Shown here: positions 57,028 to 64,000 of the stretch, piece by piece
Layout of the letters: each line of letters starts with the position of its first letter
How positions within the stretch are numbered: position 1 is the stretch's first letter
Assembly: GCA_017646015.1 (NCBI GenBank)
Contig: JAGCNI010000031.1
Span: 7,813-71,812 of the forward strand
Reading direction: 5' to 3'
Length of the DNA stretch: 64,000 bases
Origin: Lentisphaeria bacterium
GTDB taxonomy: Bacteria > Verrucomicrobiota > Lentisphaeria > Victivallales > UBA1829
Position numbers and translations under genes: made by a program
Notes under the pieces: generated by a model
Seen by the model: the letters and a program-made list of their open reading frames with translations, nothing else
Told to the model about the DNA's origin: nothing
The model's database searches: none

Positions 57028-57582
57028 TCATTCAACAACTTTTTCAACCTGCCAGAATTCCAATTCCATGGGAGTGGGTCTGGCGAACACAGAAATTTCG
57101 ACGCGGAGGAAACCTTTTTCCGCATCGATTTCGAGAACAACATCTTTAAATCCGGTAAACGGTCCATCGACGATTTCGACCTGATCACCGACATTATACT
57201 GCAAGCGCGGGGCCTGCTGCTGGACTTCATCATCGGCACCACCGATAGAGATCCACTGGCTGACTTCTTCCGGAGTCATGGATCCGCCGATTTTGGAAAC
57301 GCCTTTGATACCATTGATGAAATGCCAGACATTTTCATTCAATTTTCCATCTTCTTTATAAAGAGTCATTCTGACGAAGACATATCCGGGGAAATATTTG
57401 CGTTCGATCTGGTGACGGACGCCATTTTTCACTTCCATGATTTTTTCGACAGGGAACTGGACTTCATAAACGGGGACAGAAGGATCTTTCAGTTCGATCT
57501 GACGCTGTACGGCCTCACGGACCTTTTTTTCATATTGAGTAAGAGTATTAAGGATATACCATTGTCCTTCAACGTGATCCAT
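57028..57582 (-). CDS. nusG: transcription termination/antitermination factor NusG
   Basis: WYILNT..YEKKV, the NGN domain ending FPGYVFVRM, and the KOW motif GDQVEIVDGPFTGF. Confidence 0.97.
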   Translation of the reverse strand: MDHVEGQWYILNTLTQYEKKVREAVQRQIELKDPSVPVYEVQFPVEKIMEVKNGVRHQIERKYFPGYVFVRMTLYKEDGKLNENVWHFINGIKGVSKIGGSMTPEEVSQWISIGGADDEVQQQAPRLQYNVGDQVEIVDGPFTGFKDVVLEIDAEKGFLRVEISVFARPTPMELEFWQVEKVVE

Positions 57583-57649
57583 GATTTATACAAAGCTCCT
57601 GAATTTAATTAAATTATCCTACAGATAAAACAGCTGACATTGGTCCGTT

Positions 57650-57844
57650 TCAGAAAGTTGTAAGAAATCGAACTGTATTAAAAAGGATTTGATCGACACC
57701 GGCGAGATATGCGGTGGAAAGGATCAAAGCGACGATGACCAGAATGGTAGATTCAAAAAGCTGATCACGAGTCGGCCAGCTGCATTTGTACATTTCATCC
57801 ATTGTGGAGAGGATAAAACTTCTGATTTTGTCTATTATGCTCAT
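57650..57844 (-). CDS. secE: preprotein translocase subunit SecE (64 aa)
   Basis: MSIIDKIRSFILSTMDEMYKCSWPTRDQLFESTILVIVALIL.. has the typical amphipathic N-terminus followed by one TM helix. The upstream half of the track ORF (to 57997) runs through tRNA-Trp and is not coding. Confidence 0.9.
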   Translation of the reverse strand: MSIIDKIRSFILSTMDEMYKCSWPTRDQLFESTILVIVALILSTAYLAGVDQILFNTVRFLTTF

Positions 57845-57905
57845 TTCCGGCAACCTTTCCCGGGTCTTGAATTGTTTGATTGATCCCTTATCGGGATAAA
57901 AAAAT

Positions 57906-57981
57906 TGGCAGGTGCGGCGAGGCTCGAACTCACGACCTGCGGTTTTGGAGACCGCTGCTCTACCAACTGAGCTACACACCT
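57906..57981 (-). tRNA. trnW: tRNA-Trp (anticodon CCA), CCA end encoded
   Basis: Hand-folded cloverleaf. The acceptor is aggtgtg/cgcacct, the D arm gctc-agttggta-gagc, the anticodon arm gcggt-ctCCAaa-accgc, and the T arm gtgag-ttcgagc-ctcgc. The discriminator is g, followed by cca. Confidence 0.93.
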
Positions 57982-58018
57982 GAGTATGTTCCGTCAAAGC
58001 GGAACATCCTGTAAAAAC

Positions 58019-58168
58019 TTACTTGGTTTCTTTATGAACCGTGTGCTTGCGATCGAACTTGCAGAATTTTTTAATTTCGAGGCGACCGGGAGTATTTCTT
58101 TTTTCCTTGGTGCTCGTATAGTTTCTGCGTTTGCACTCGGTGCATTCCAAAATAATAATTTCACGCAT
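58019..58168 (-). CDS. rpmG: 50S ribosomal protein L33 (49 aa; below the ORF-track length cutoff)
   Basis: My own translation of the minus strand gives [49 protein letters not shown]. The SD aaggtga lies 5 nt upstream. The tuf-rpmG-tRNA-Trp-secE context is classical. Confidence 0.92.
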   Translation of the reverse strand: MREIIILECTECKRRNYTSTKEKRNTPGRLEIKKFCKFDRKHTVHKETK

Positions 58169-58211
58169 TTTAATCACCTTGCATGCTTATTCAAGCTATG
58201 CGGGTTATTAA

Positions 58212-58243
58212 GATGCTTCTGCCGGGAATTCAGCAGAAGCATC
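58212..58243 (-). other. 11-bp perfect stem-loop between tuf and rpmG
   Basis: gatgcttctgc / gcagaagcatc with a 10-nt loop. No clear U-run follows, so it may be an RNA processing or stability element rather than a terminator. Confidence 0.4.
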
Positions 58244-58263
58244 CTGAATCTTGAGAAAGCTGA

Positions 58264-59472
58264 TTATTCAACGATCTCGCTGACACGACCGGAAGCAACG
58301 GTACGACCGCCTTCGCGGATAGCGAAGCGCTGGGTCTTTTCCATAGCGATCGGAGCGATCAGTTCGACATTGATAGCAACGTTGTCACCAGGCATAACCA
58401 TCTGGACATCTTCCGGGAGGGTAATGATACCGGTAACGTCGGTTGTTCTGAAGTAGAACTGCGGTCTGTAGTTGGTCATGAACGGGCTGTGACGTCCACC
58501 TTCTTCTTTGCTCAGAACGTAGATCTCAGCTTTGAATTTGGTGTGCGGGGTGATGGAACCCGGTTTAGCGAGAACCTGTCCGCGTTCGACTTCTTCTTTC
58601 TTGGTACCGCGAAGGAGGCAGCCGATATTGTCACCGGCAACACCGCATTCGAGTTCTTTACGGAACATTTCAACACCGGTAATGGTGGTTTTGTTGGTGT
58701 CTTTGAGACCGATGATTTCGCAGACATCACCGACGCGAACTTCACCGCGTTCGACACGACCGGTAACGACAGTACCACGACCTTCGATGGAGAAGACGTC
58801 TTCGATCGGCATCAGGAAGGGTTTGTCGTTTTCGCGCTGGGGTTCAGGAATCCAAGTATCAATAGCGTCCATGAGATCCTGGATGCAGTTACATTCAGCA
58901 GCAGCCGGATCAGTTGCCTGAAGAGCCGGATAAGCAGCACCGCGGACGATCGGGGTGTTGTCGCCGTCGAAGTCATATTTGGAGAGGAGTTCGCGGATTT
59001 CCATTTCGACGAGGTCGAGGAGTTCAGCGTCATCGACGAGGTCAACTTTGTTCAGGAAGACAACGATACGGGGAACACCGACCTGTTTTGCGAGGAGGAT
59101 GTGTTCACGTGTCTGGGGCATAGCACCGTCAACAGCGCTGACGACGAGGATTGCACCGTCCATCTGAGCAGCACCGGTGATCATGTTTTTAACATAGTCA
59201 GCGTGACCGGGGCAGTCGACGTGTGCATAGTGACGGGTTGCGGACTGATATTCGACGTGTGAAGTTGCGATGGTCAGAATCTTTGTGGAGTCACGACGAC
59301 CCTGAGATTCAGATGCTTTAGCAACCTGGTCATACGGAATGTAATCTGCAAGACCTTTGAGGTTCTGAACATGGGTAATAGCGGCGGTAAGAGTGGTTTT
59401 ACCGTGGTCAACGTGACCGATTGTACCGACGTTTACGTGCGGCTTTTCTCTGTTAAATTTTTCCTTGGCCAT
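58264..59472 (-). CDS. tuf: elongation factor Tu
   Basis: [47 protein letters not shown]. Confidence 0.99.
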   Translation of the reverse strand: MAKEKFNREKPHVNVGTIGHVDHGKTTLTAAITHVQNLKGLADYIPYDQVAKASESQGRRDSTKILTIATSHVEYQSATRHYAHVDCPGHADYVKNMITGAAQMDGAILVVSAVDGAMPQTREHILLAKQVGVPRIVVFLNKVDLVDDAELLDLVEMEIRELLSKYDFDGDNTPIVRGAAYPALQATDPAAAECNCIQDLMDAIDTWIPEPQRENDKPFLMPIEDVFSIEGRGTVVTGRVERGEVRVGDVCEIIGLKDTNKTTITGVEMFRKELECGVAGDNIGCLLRGTKKEEVERGQVLAKPGSITPHTKFKAEIYVLSKEEGGRHSPFMTNYRPQFYFRTTDVTGIITLPEDVQMVMPGDNVAINVELIAPIAMEKTQRFAIREGGRTVASGRVSEIVE

Positions 59473-59553
59473 TTCGTGTCCTCCTTTGATGACATTAAGA
59501 CTATGGCATTCTTCTTTTTAGTTTATACTTAATACCGTTTAAGTTTCAAAAAA

Positions 59554-59629
59554 TGGAGCCCACGACCGGGATCGAACCGGTGACCTCGTCCTTACCAAGG
59601 ACGTGCTCTACCAACTGAGCCACGTGGGC
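59554..59629 (-). tRNA. trnT: tRNA-Thr (anticodon GGT), CCA end encoded
   Basis: Hand-folded cloverleaf. The acceptor is gcccacg/cgtgggc, the anticodon arm cgtcc-ttGGTaa-ggacg, and the T arm accgg-ttcgatc-ccggt. It lies 81 nt upstream of tuf. Confidence 0.93.
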
Positions 59630-59678
59630 AATCGCTTTTGAATTGCGTATTGCTACACCATTCGCAGTGCGAAGTCGT

Positions 59679-59706
59679 AATATATATCAAAAAATCGACT
59701 TTTCAA
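59679..59706 (-). promoter_or_regulatory. candidate promoter for tRNA-Thr-tuf... (TTGAAA-N16-TATATT)
   Basis: Read on the minus strand. The -10 lies about 50 nt upstream of the tRNA-Thr 5' end. An A7-gaga-T7 element (59719-59736) sits just upstream. Confidence 0.4.
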
Positions 59707-59820
59707 ATCGTTTTTCGCAAAAAAAGAGATTTTTTTGAAAAATACGCTCAAATTTCTTTATTATTGAGCTGTCAAATTACCGAAAGAAGAATCATCATCA
59801 AGGTCTTCACGGCAAAAAAA

Positions 59821-59904
59821 TGGTGCTCGAGGGGAGACTCGAACTCCCACGGATCGCTCCACTAGCACCTCAAGCTAGCGCGTCTGCCATTCCGCCACCC
59901 GAGC
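59821..59904 (-). tRNA. trnL: tRNA-Leu (anticodon GAG), long variable arm, CCA end encoded
   Basis: Hand-folded. The acceptor is gctcggg/ctcgagc, the anticodon arm ctagc-ttGAGgt-gctag, and the T arm gggag-ttcgagt-ctccc. The extra arm is about 13 nt. The exact 5' end is uncertain by +/-2 nt. Confidence 0.88.
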
Positions 59905-59939
59905 ACGGTATCTTGCATTTAACCTGCAAAACAGTGCTT

Positions 59940-59967
59940 AATATAAACCACATTTCTGTTTTGTCAA
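59940..59967 (-). promoter_or_regulatory. candidate promoter for tRNA-Leu (TTGACA-N16-TATATT)
   Basis: It has a perfect -35 and a 5/6 -10 on the minus strand, about 35 nt upstream of the tRNA 5' end. Phased T/A tracts lie immediately upstream. Confidence 0.5.
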
Positions 59968-60030
59968 GCCGTTTTTTGATTTTTTTTGAATTTTTTTGTA
60001 TTTTTATGATTTTGAGGGTATTTTTCATGT
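59968..60030. repeat. six T-tracts phased at exactly 10-nt intervals (A-tracts on the promoter strand): UP-element / curved-DNA candidate
   Basis: T-runs begin at 59972, 59981, 59991, 60001, 60011 and 60021. This is visible directly in the 10-nt sequence blocks. Confidence 0.8.
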
Positions 60031-60242
60031 AAAACACGCTCAAAAGTATTTATGGAGGTGAGAAAAAACGAGTTGGTATGTATGGAGAAGTGAGGATAAT
60101 GAAGAGTAGAACGAAAAGAGATGTGTGAAGGATCATTTGAAAAACAGGGTTTGCGGCGAGGTGGAACGAGTTTGTTTTTGCAGAATGGTGAATGAAGTTG
60201 TGATAAAGCGGGATTTTTCCATAGTTGCGGCGGAATTTGAAC

Positions 60243-60270
60243 TTGACTTTTAGATTCTGCACATTAAATT
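60243..60270 (+). promoter_or_regulatory. candidate promoter for yjbQ (TTGACT-N16-TAAATT)
   Basis: Read directly, about 45 nt upstream of ATG 60314. Confidence 0.35.
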
Positions 60271-60313
60271 GTCTTCCAAGCAATCAAATATCAAAAATTT
60301 ACGAGGAAATATC

Positions 60314-60733
60314 ATGAAGAGTTACAGACAGGAATTGACTTTCAACGTACCGCAGAAATGTGGATTCATCAACATCACTCAGCAAGTCCGTGAGGCACTG
60401 AAACAATCCGGGATCCGTGAAGGTCTTCTTCTTTGTAATGCCATGCATATTACAGCTTCGGTATTTATCAATGACAATGAACCGGGGCTGCATGAAGATT
60501 ATGAAAACTGGTTGGATAAAGTAGCACCGCACGAACCGGTTGATCAGTATCGACACAATCTTCTCGGAGAAGATAATGCGGATGCCCACATGAAACGTCA
60601 GGTGATGGGACGTGAAGTAGTGATCGCTGTGACCAATGGTGAGCTTGATTTCGGTCCCTGGGAAGAGATTTTTTATGGTGAATTTGATGGTGGTCGCCGG
60701 AAACGTGTATTGATCAAAATCATCGGGGAATGA
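60314..60733 (+). CDS. yjbQ: YjbQ/UPF0047-family protein (secondary thiamine-phosphate synthase-like)
   Basis: [43 protein letters not shown]....P....[13 protein letters not shown]....G.E....V..G.L.FG.W. ATG 60314 follows gagga; the track start is an upstream non-ATG extension. Confidence 0.88.
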   Translation: MKSYRQELTFNVPQKCGFINITQQVREALKQSGIREGLLLCNAMHITASVFINDNEPGLHEDYENWLDKVAPHEPVDQYRHNLLGEDNADAHMKRQVMGREVVIAVTNGELDFGPWEEIFYGEFDGGRRKRVLIKIIGE

Positions 60734-60739
60734 ACTGAG

Positions 60740-61597
60740 ATGCTGACAGACTGGAATAAGGATCGAATTCTTGAAATTCTGCTGGAATGTGCAAGGATCG
60801 CTCACAGGATCAAAACGGATCCGCTGATCGAGATCAAAGATGACAGTACACCTGTATCCAATGCGGATCGTGAAATCGAAGAATATCTGAACAACTCGTT
60901 CGGGGCGGAAAACATCCTCGGGGAAGAGACATTCGAGCGCAGAGACTGGACAGAATTGATGGAACAGCTCTATCATGGAAAAGGCTTGATCGTAGATCCA
61001 ATTGATGGGACAGCCAATTTTATCAATCGTCGATCTCTGTGGGCGATTTCCATCGGGTATGCGGAAAACGGTTTTCTCAAAGAGGGTGCGGTATTTGCGC
61101 CTGAACGGGGCGAACTGATGATTTCTGAAGCCGGGACAACCTGGTTTGCAGTTACAGGCAAATCCTATCCGGATCGAGCTGAAATTCTGAAGGTATTGCA
61201 GCCAGCCCATTCGCCGACCAGGGCGTTCGGGAAGCACTCCTGCTGCAATCTATCTCAGTCTATGACAAAATCGGGCATATTTACGGGTACGAATCCTGTG
61301 ATTTCCACAGGTTCCTGTGTTTGTTCGGGGCTGGATCTTGTACTGGAAAAAGATGCGGTATATATGAGTTACGCAAAGCTCTGGGATCTGGCGGGAATCC
61401 TGCCATGTCTGCGGAATCTTGATTTTTATGCATCGGACAGAAGGGGGAGGAATCTGTTGGATTGTGTGATTTCGCCGGAAACGTACTGTTTGGATCAAGC
61501 GGCAAAAGTTCCGTTCAGGCTCTGTTCTCCTGCATGGATCGGCAACTCCCGAGAGGCGTTGGAAACCATCATTCCGCAATGTATTTTTGAAAACTGA
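60740..61597 (+). CDS. inositol monophosphatase (IMPase/SuhB/CysQ) family protein
   Basis: Metal-site motifs ILGEE, VDPIDGTANF and WDLAG are present. Confidence 0.8.
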   Translation: MLTDWNKDRILEILLECARIAHRIKTDPLIEIKDDSTPVSNADREIEEYLNNSFGAENILGEETFERRDWTELMEQLYHGKGLIVDPIDGTANFINRRSLWAISIGYAENGFLKEGAVFAPERGELMISEAGTTWFAVTGKSYPDRAEILKVLQPAHSPTRAFGKHSCCNLSQSMTKSGIFTGTNPVISTGSCVCSGLDLVLEKDAVYMSYAKLWDLAGILPCLRNLDFYASDRRGRNLLDCVISPETYCLDQAAKVPFRLCSPAWIGNSREALETIIPQCIFEN

Positions 61598-61611
61598 CAG
61601 GAAGAAAAATC

Positions 61612-63264
61612 ATGCTCAAATGGATGCATATTGAGAATCTGGCTCTGGTTGAAAAAGCTGATATGGAATTCGGGGAAGGATTCAATGTGATCAGCGGAGA
61701 AACAGGAGCAGGAAAATCGGTGATCATGGGGGGAGTTTCCCTGCTTCTCGGAGAACGTGCGGATCGCTCCATGATCCGTATCGGAGCGGAACGTTGTGAG
61801 ATTTCAGGAGAATTTCAATGCAGCGGCATTACAGCGCAGAGGATCTCGGAAATTCTTGATGAAGCGGGGATCGCAATGGAAGAAAACGGTTCACTTCTTG
61901 TGCGTCGGACCATTACAGCTGCATCGGGCAGAAATTTTATCAATGAATCCCCTGTTACGCTTCAAATTCTGCGTAAAATCGGTGAATTACTGGTCGATAT
62001 ACACGGGGCGAATGAGAATCAGCATTTGTTGAAAGTACACAATCAACTGGAGATGCTGGACCGTTTTGCCAATCTGACTCCGGAACTGGAAAAAAACCGG
62101 GCGGTCTGGGCTCAACTTTCGGAACTGAAAACTGCGCGGGAAGAGTTTGCTGCAACAATGCCGTCTGCGGAAGAAACAGCCCGTTACCGCAGAGATGCCG
62201 CAGAAATTGAAAAGGCAAATCCTCAACCGGATGAAGATCTCATGCTGGAGGAAAGACATGCTCTGGCAGCTCATTCCAAGTCGATCATTGAACTTGCACT
62301 CAATGCTGCAAATGCTCTTTCCGAATGTGATGACTCCATTGCAGACAGGATCGGCACGATCCGTCGTTTACTGCTGGATATGGAAAAGTTTGATCCAGGT
62401 GGAACAGAGCCTTTTTTGCAAATGCTGGATACGGCGGCAGATCAAATCGCCACGCTCTCTTCTGAACTCAGCAGCCACGCTGCAGATGTAGATATCGATG
62501 AGGGTGAATTTCAGATGATGGAAGAACGTTTGCGGACTCTGCAAACGCTGAAAAGACGGTATGGTCCAACGCTGGAAGATGTGTTGCTTCATCTTCAGTC
62601 GATCCGTACAAAAATCGATGCTTATGATAATGCGGAACAGCATCGTCAGGAATTCGGAAAGCAGGAAAAAGTGTTGCTGGATGAACTGAAAAAACAGTGT
62701 GCTGTACTGACTGAAAAACGGCAGAAAGCAGCAACAGCGATTGCAGAAAAAACAGCGGAAGAACTCAAGAAACTCTCTTTCCGTAAAGCGGATTTTCAAG
62801 TTCACCTTGATGCAGCGGAACCGGGTCCGGACGGGGCTGATAAAATCGAATTCATGTTCAGTGCCAACCCCGGAGTTCCGGTCATGCCTCTGCGTGATGT
62901 GGCAAGTTCAGGCGAACTTTCCCGAGTCATGCTGGCAGTTAAAACGATCCTTGCAGAAGCAGATGCGATCCCGATTCTGATTTTTGACGAAATCGATGCC
63001 AATATCGGCGGAGAAACAGCCTCAAAAGTCGGTGATGAAATCGTGGCTCTTGCCGGCAATAAACAGATTCTCTGTATCTCTCACCTGCCTCAAATCGCAA
63101 GCAGAGCAATGACCCATTTCAATGTCAGCAAGGAAACAGTCGGAAATACCACATTCACACACATCCGCAAGCTGGACAGCAAGGGAAGATCCAACGAAAT
63201 TGCAAGAATGCTCGGCGGAGGAAAAGATGCTCTCACGCTGGCTGAAAAAATGCTGAAAGAATAA
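61612..63264 (+). CDS. recN: DNA repair protein RecN
   Basis: SMC-like: MLKWMHIENLALVEKADMEFGEGFNVISGETGAGKSVI, a long coiled coil, the signature SGGELSRVMLA and Walker B ILIFDEIDANIGG. Confidence 0.95.
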   Translation: MLKWMHIENLALVEKADMEFGEGFNVISGETGAGKSVIMGGVSLLLGERADRSMIRIGAERCEISGEFQCSGITAQRISEILDEAGIAMEENGSLLVRRTITAASGRNFINESPVTLQILRKIGELLVDIHGANENQHLLKVHNQLEMLDRFANLTPELEKNRAVWAQLSELKTAREEFAATMPSAEETARYRRDAAEIEKANPQPDEDLMLEERHALAAHSKSIIELALNAANALSECDDSIADRIGTIRRLLLDMEKFDPGGTEPFLQMLDTAADQIATLSSELSSHAADVDIDEGEFQMMEERLRTLQTLKRRYGPTLEDVLLHLQSIRTKIDAYDNAEQHRQEFGKQEKVLLDELKKQCAVLTEKRQKAATAIAEKTAEELKKLSFRKADFQVHLDAAEPGPDGADKIEFMFSANPGVPVMPLRDVASSGELSRVMLAVKTILAEADAIPILIFDEIDANIGGETASKVGDEIVALAGNKQILCISHLPQIASRAMTHFNVSKETVGNTTFTHIRKLDSKGRSNEIARMLGGGKDALTLAEKMLKE

Positions 63265-63312
63265 ACTCCAAAATCACAGTTTTCCCCTGAAAAAAACAGA
63301 TTACGATCCTAT

Positions 63313-63356
63313 AAAAAAAGACAGTCTTGCAAAACTGAAATGCAGACTGTCTTTTT
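63313..63356. terminator. bidirectional terminator between recN and lptF/G
   Basis: A7, then agacagtct, a 16-nt loop, agactgtct, then T5. Confidence 0.6.
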
Positions 63357-63381
63357 GATTTTTCCGAATCAGAAAAAACGA

Positions 63382-64000
63382 TCATCCGGACTTGCGGACT
63401 ACGAAGAACCATCCATACAAAAGGAAGATGATCGTGGGAGTAAGCCCACCGATCAACGGGGAAACGACCCCCTGTTTTCCGAGGACAAGAAAAATCTCTG
63501 TAAAGAGCTGATACAGCACGATCACAGCGACTGCCGTAATGATGGAAAGGAAGATTCCGCCACGTTCATTTTTTGCGGCAAGCGGCAAGCCGAGAAACAC
63601 ACAGAGGAAACAGACCGTCGGGAATGCAAGACGGTAATAGAGGATCGTTTCATACATTCCGCGGAGCGACGGCACCATGGAAGAGTTGTCATTGAGCATA
63701 CGGTAAATAACCCATGAAGAGAGTTCTTCAGGAGGTTTGACCGCATTGACAATATCTTTAGGCTGTTCCGGGATCTCTTTTTCTGAGATCTGCATTTCCG
63801 GCATTTTTTCCGGATTTCCGGGCAGACGCAATGTTTTATGATACGGAGTTCTGGTGACATTTTTGAAAATCCATCCGGTTCCGGGTTTGAAATATGCTTC
63901 GGTTGCCCGGATATCCCATTCCAGGATTTTCTCGTTTTTATCATTGTAAAAATACTTTTTGAGGATCACATCTTTCTGAACGCCGCTCTTATCGAAATTC
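63382..64000 (-). CDS. LptF/LptG-family LPS export permease, 5' end beyond window
   Basis: The C-terminal TM bundle is YYRLAFPTVCFLCVFLGLPLAAKNERGG...VSPLIGGLTPTIIFLLYGWFFV, preceded by a periplasmic beta-domain segment. The frame stays open from the track start (GTG 63969) to the window edge. Confidence 0.75.
   Translation of the reverse strand, partial: NFDKSGVQKDVILKKYFYNDKNEKILEWDIRATEAYFKPGTGWIFKNVTRTPYHKTLRLPGNPEKMPEMQISEKEIPEQPKDIVNAVKPPEELSSWVIYRMLNDNSSMVPSLRGMYETILYYRLAFPTVCFLCVFLGLPLAAKNERGGIFLSIITAVAVIVLYQLFTEIFLVLGKQGVVSPLIGGLTPTIIFLLYGWFFVVRKSG

Noticed and set aside
57845-57997. The N-terminal 51 codons of track ORF 57650..57997.
   Set aside because: This part runs straight through a well-folding tRNA-Trp gene (57906-57981). 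SecE starts at ATG 57844.
60041-60240. CsrB/RsmZ-like GGA-motif sponge RNA, or a TPP riboswitch for the thiamine-related yjbQ.
   Set aside because: I count about seven GGA triplets. That matches what the G/A-rich composition alone predicts, and they are not presented in hairpin loops, since almost no C is available for pairing. No TPP-riboswitch core (CUGAGA ... ACCUGAUCUGGAUAAUGCCAGCG-like) is present. The tract is kept only as an unexplained compositional anomaly.
60050-60283. 77-aa minus-strand ORF in the C-depleted tract.
   Set aside because: It starts at TTG with no SD and overlaps the yjbQ promoter candidate. Its composition simply mirrors the pyrimidine-rich strand. A short hydrophobic peptide cannot be excluded, but it is unsupported.
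63340-63717. 125-aa plus-strand ORF opposite the lptF/G 3' end.
   Set aside because: It starts inside the bidirectional terminator and is antisense to a TM-rich permease C-terminus.
1-64000. Mobile elements, prophage, defence islands, CRISPR arrays and rRNA.
   Set aside because: I saw no transposase, integrase, recombinase or Cas-like ORFs, no long inverted or direct terminal repeats, and no rRNA-like sequence. tRNA genes are in their classical tuf/secE context rather than flanking an island.

Overview
This 64-kb window is mostly core genome from a moderate-GC bacterium. I support 54 protein-coding genes, two of them cut by the window edges, plus 3 tRNAs. One CDS, rpmG (49 aa), is absent from the ORF track.

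Gene content, left to right:
- 1-21.8 kb, housekeeping genes: a Gfo/Idh/MocA oxidoreductase (5' partial), an ABC-F ATPase, gyrA, folP, a small operon (membrane protein, DEDDh exonuclease, SirB1-like protein), a lipoprotein, purD-secG, lnt, nadB, a class II nucleotidyltransferase, proS, nifU-nifS and uvrC.
- 21.9-32.3 kb, the most unusual region: a six-gene operon. It encodes a secreted protein, a PilM-PilN fusion, a PilO-like coiled-coil protein, a zinc-ribbon/Asp-repeat protein and two tandem secretins with TPR-like N-termini. No pilin, ATPase or platform gene lies in or next to it. The order resembles the Akkermansia Amuc_1102-to-1098 locus as I recall it.
- 32.3-39.8 kb: rsmI, an Mrp/NBP35 ATPase, a polyamine operon (speA, carboxy(nor)spermidine dehydrogenase, decarboxylase) and a Kdo/WaaP-like kinase.
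- 39.9-59.9 kb, one uninterrupted minus-strand translation/transcription supercluster: tRNA-Leu, tRNA-Thr-tuf-rpmG-tRNA-Trp-secE-nusG-rplKAJL-rpoBC-rpsLG-fusA-rpsJ-rplCDWB-rpsS.
- 60.3-64 kb: yjbQ, an IMPase-family gene, recN and a partial lptF/G.

Other observations:
- Several rho-independent terminators, some bidirectional, are visible.
- A recurrent TTGAAA/TTGACA-N16-TATATT promoter-like pattern appears at several sites.
- Phased T-tracts lie upstream of the tRNA-Leu promoter candidate.
- An unexplained C-depleted ~200-nt intergenic tract lies upstream of yjbQ.
- I saw no CRISPR array, rRNA, transposase, integrase or prophage signal.
- Many very long antisense ORFs are shadow frames caused by avoidance of TTA/CTA/TCA codons.

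The gene content suggests a PVC-superphylum organism (Verrucomicrobiota, Lentisphaerota or Kiritimatiellota-like). That assignment is inference only.
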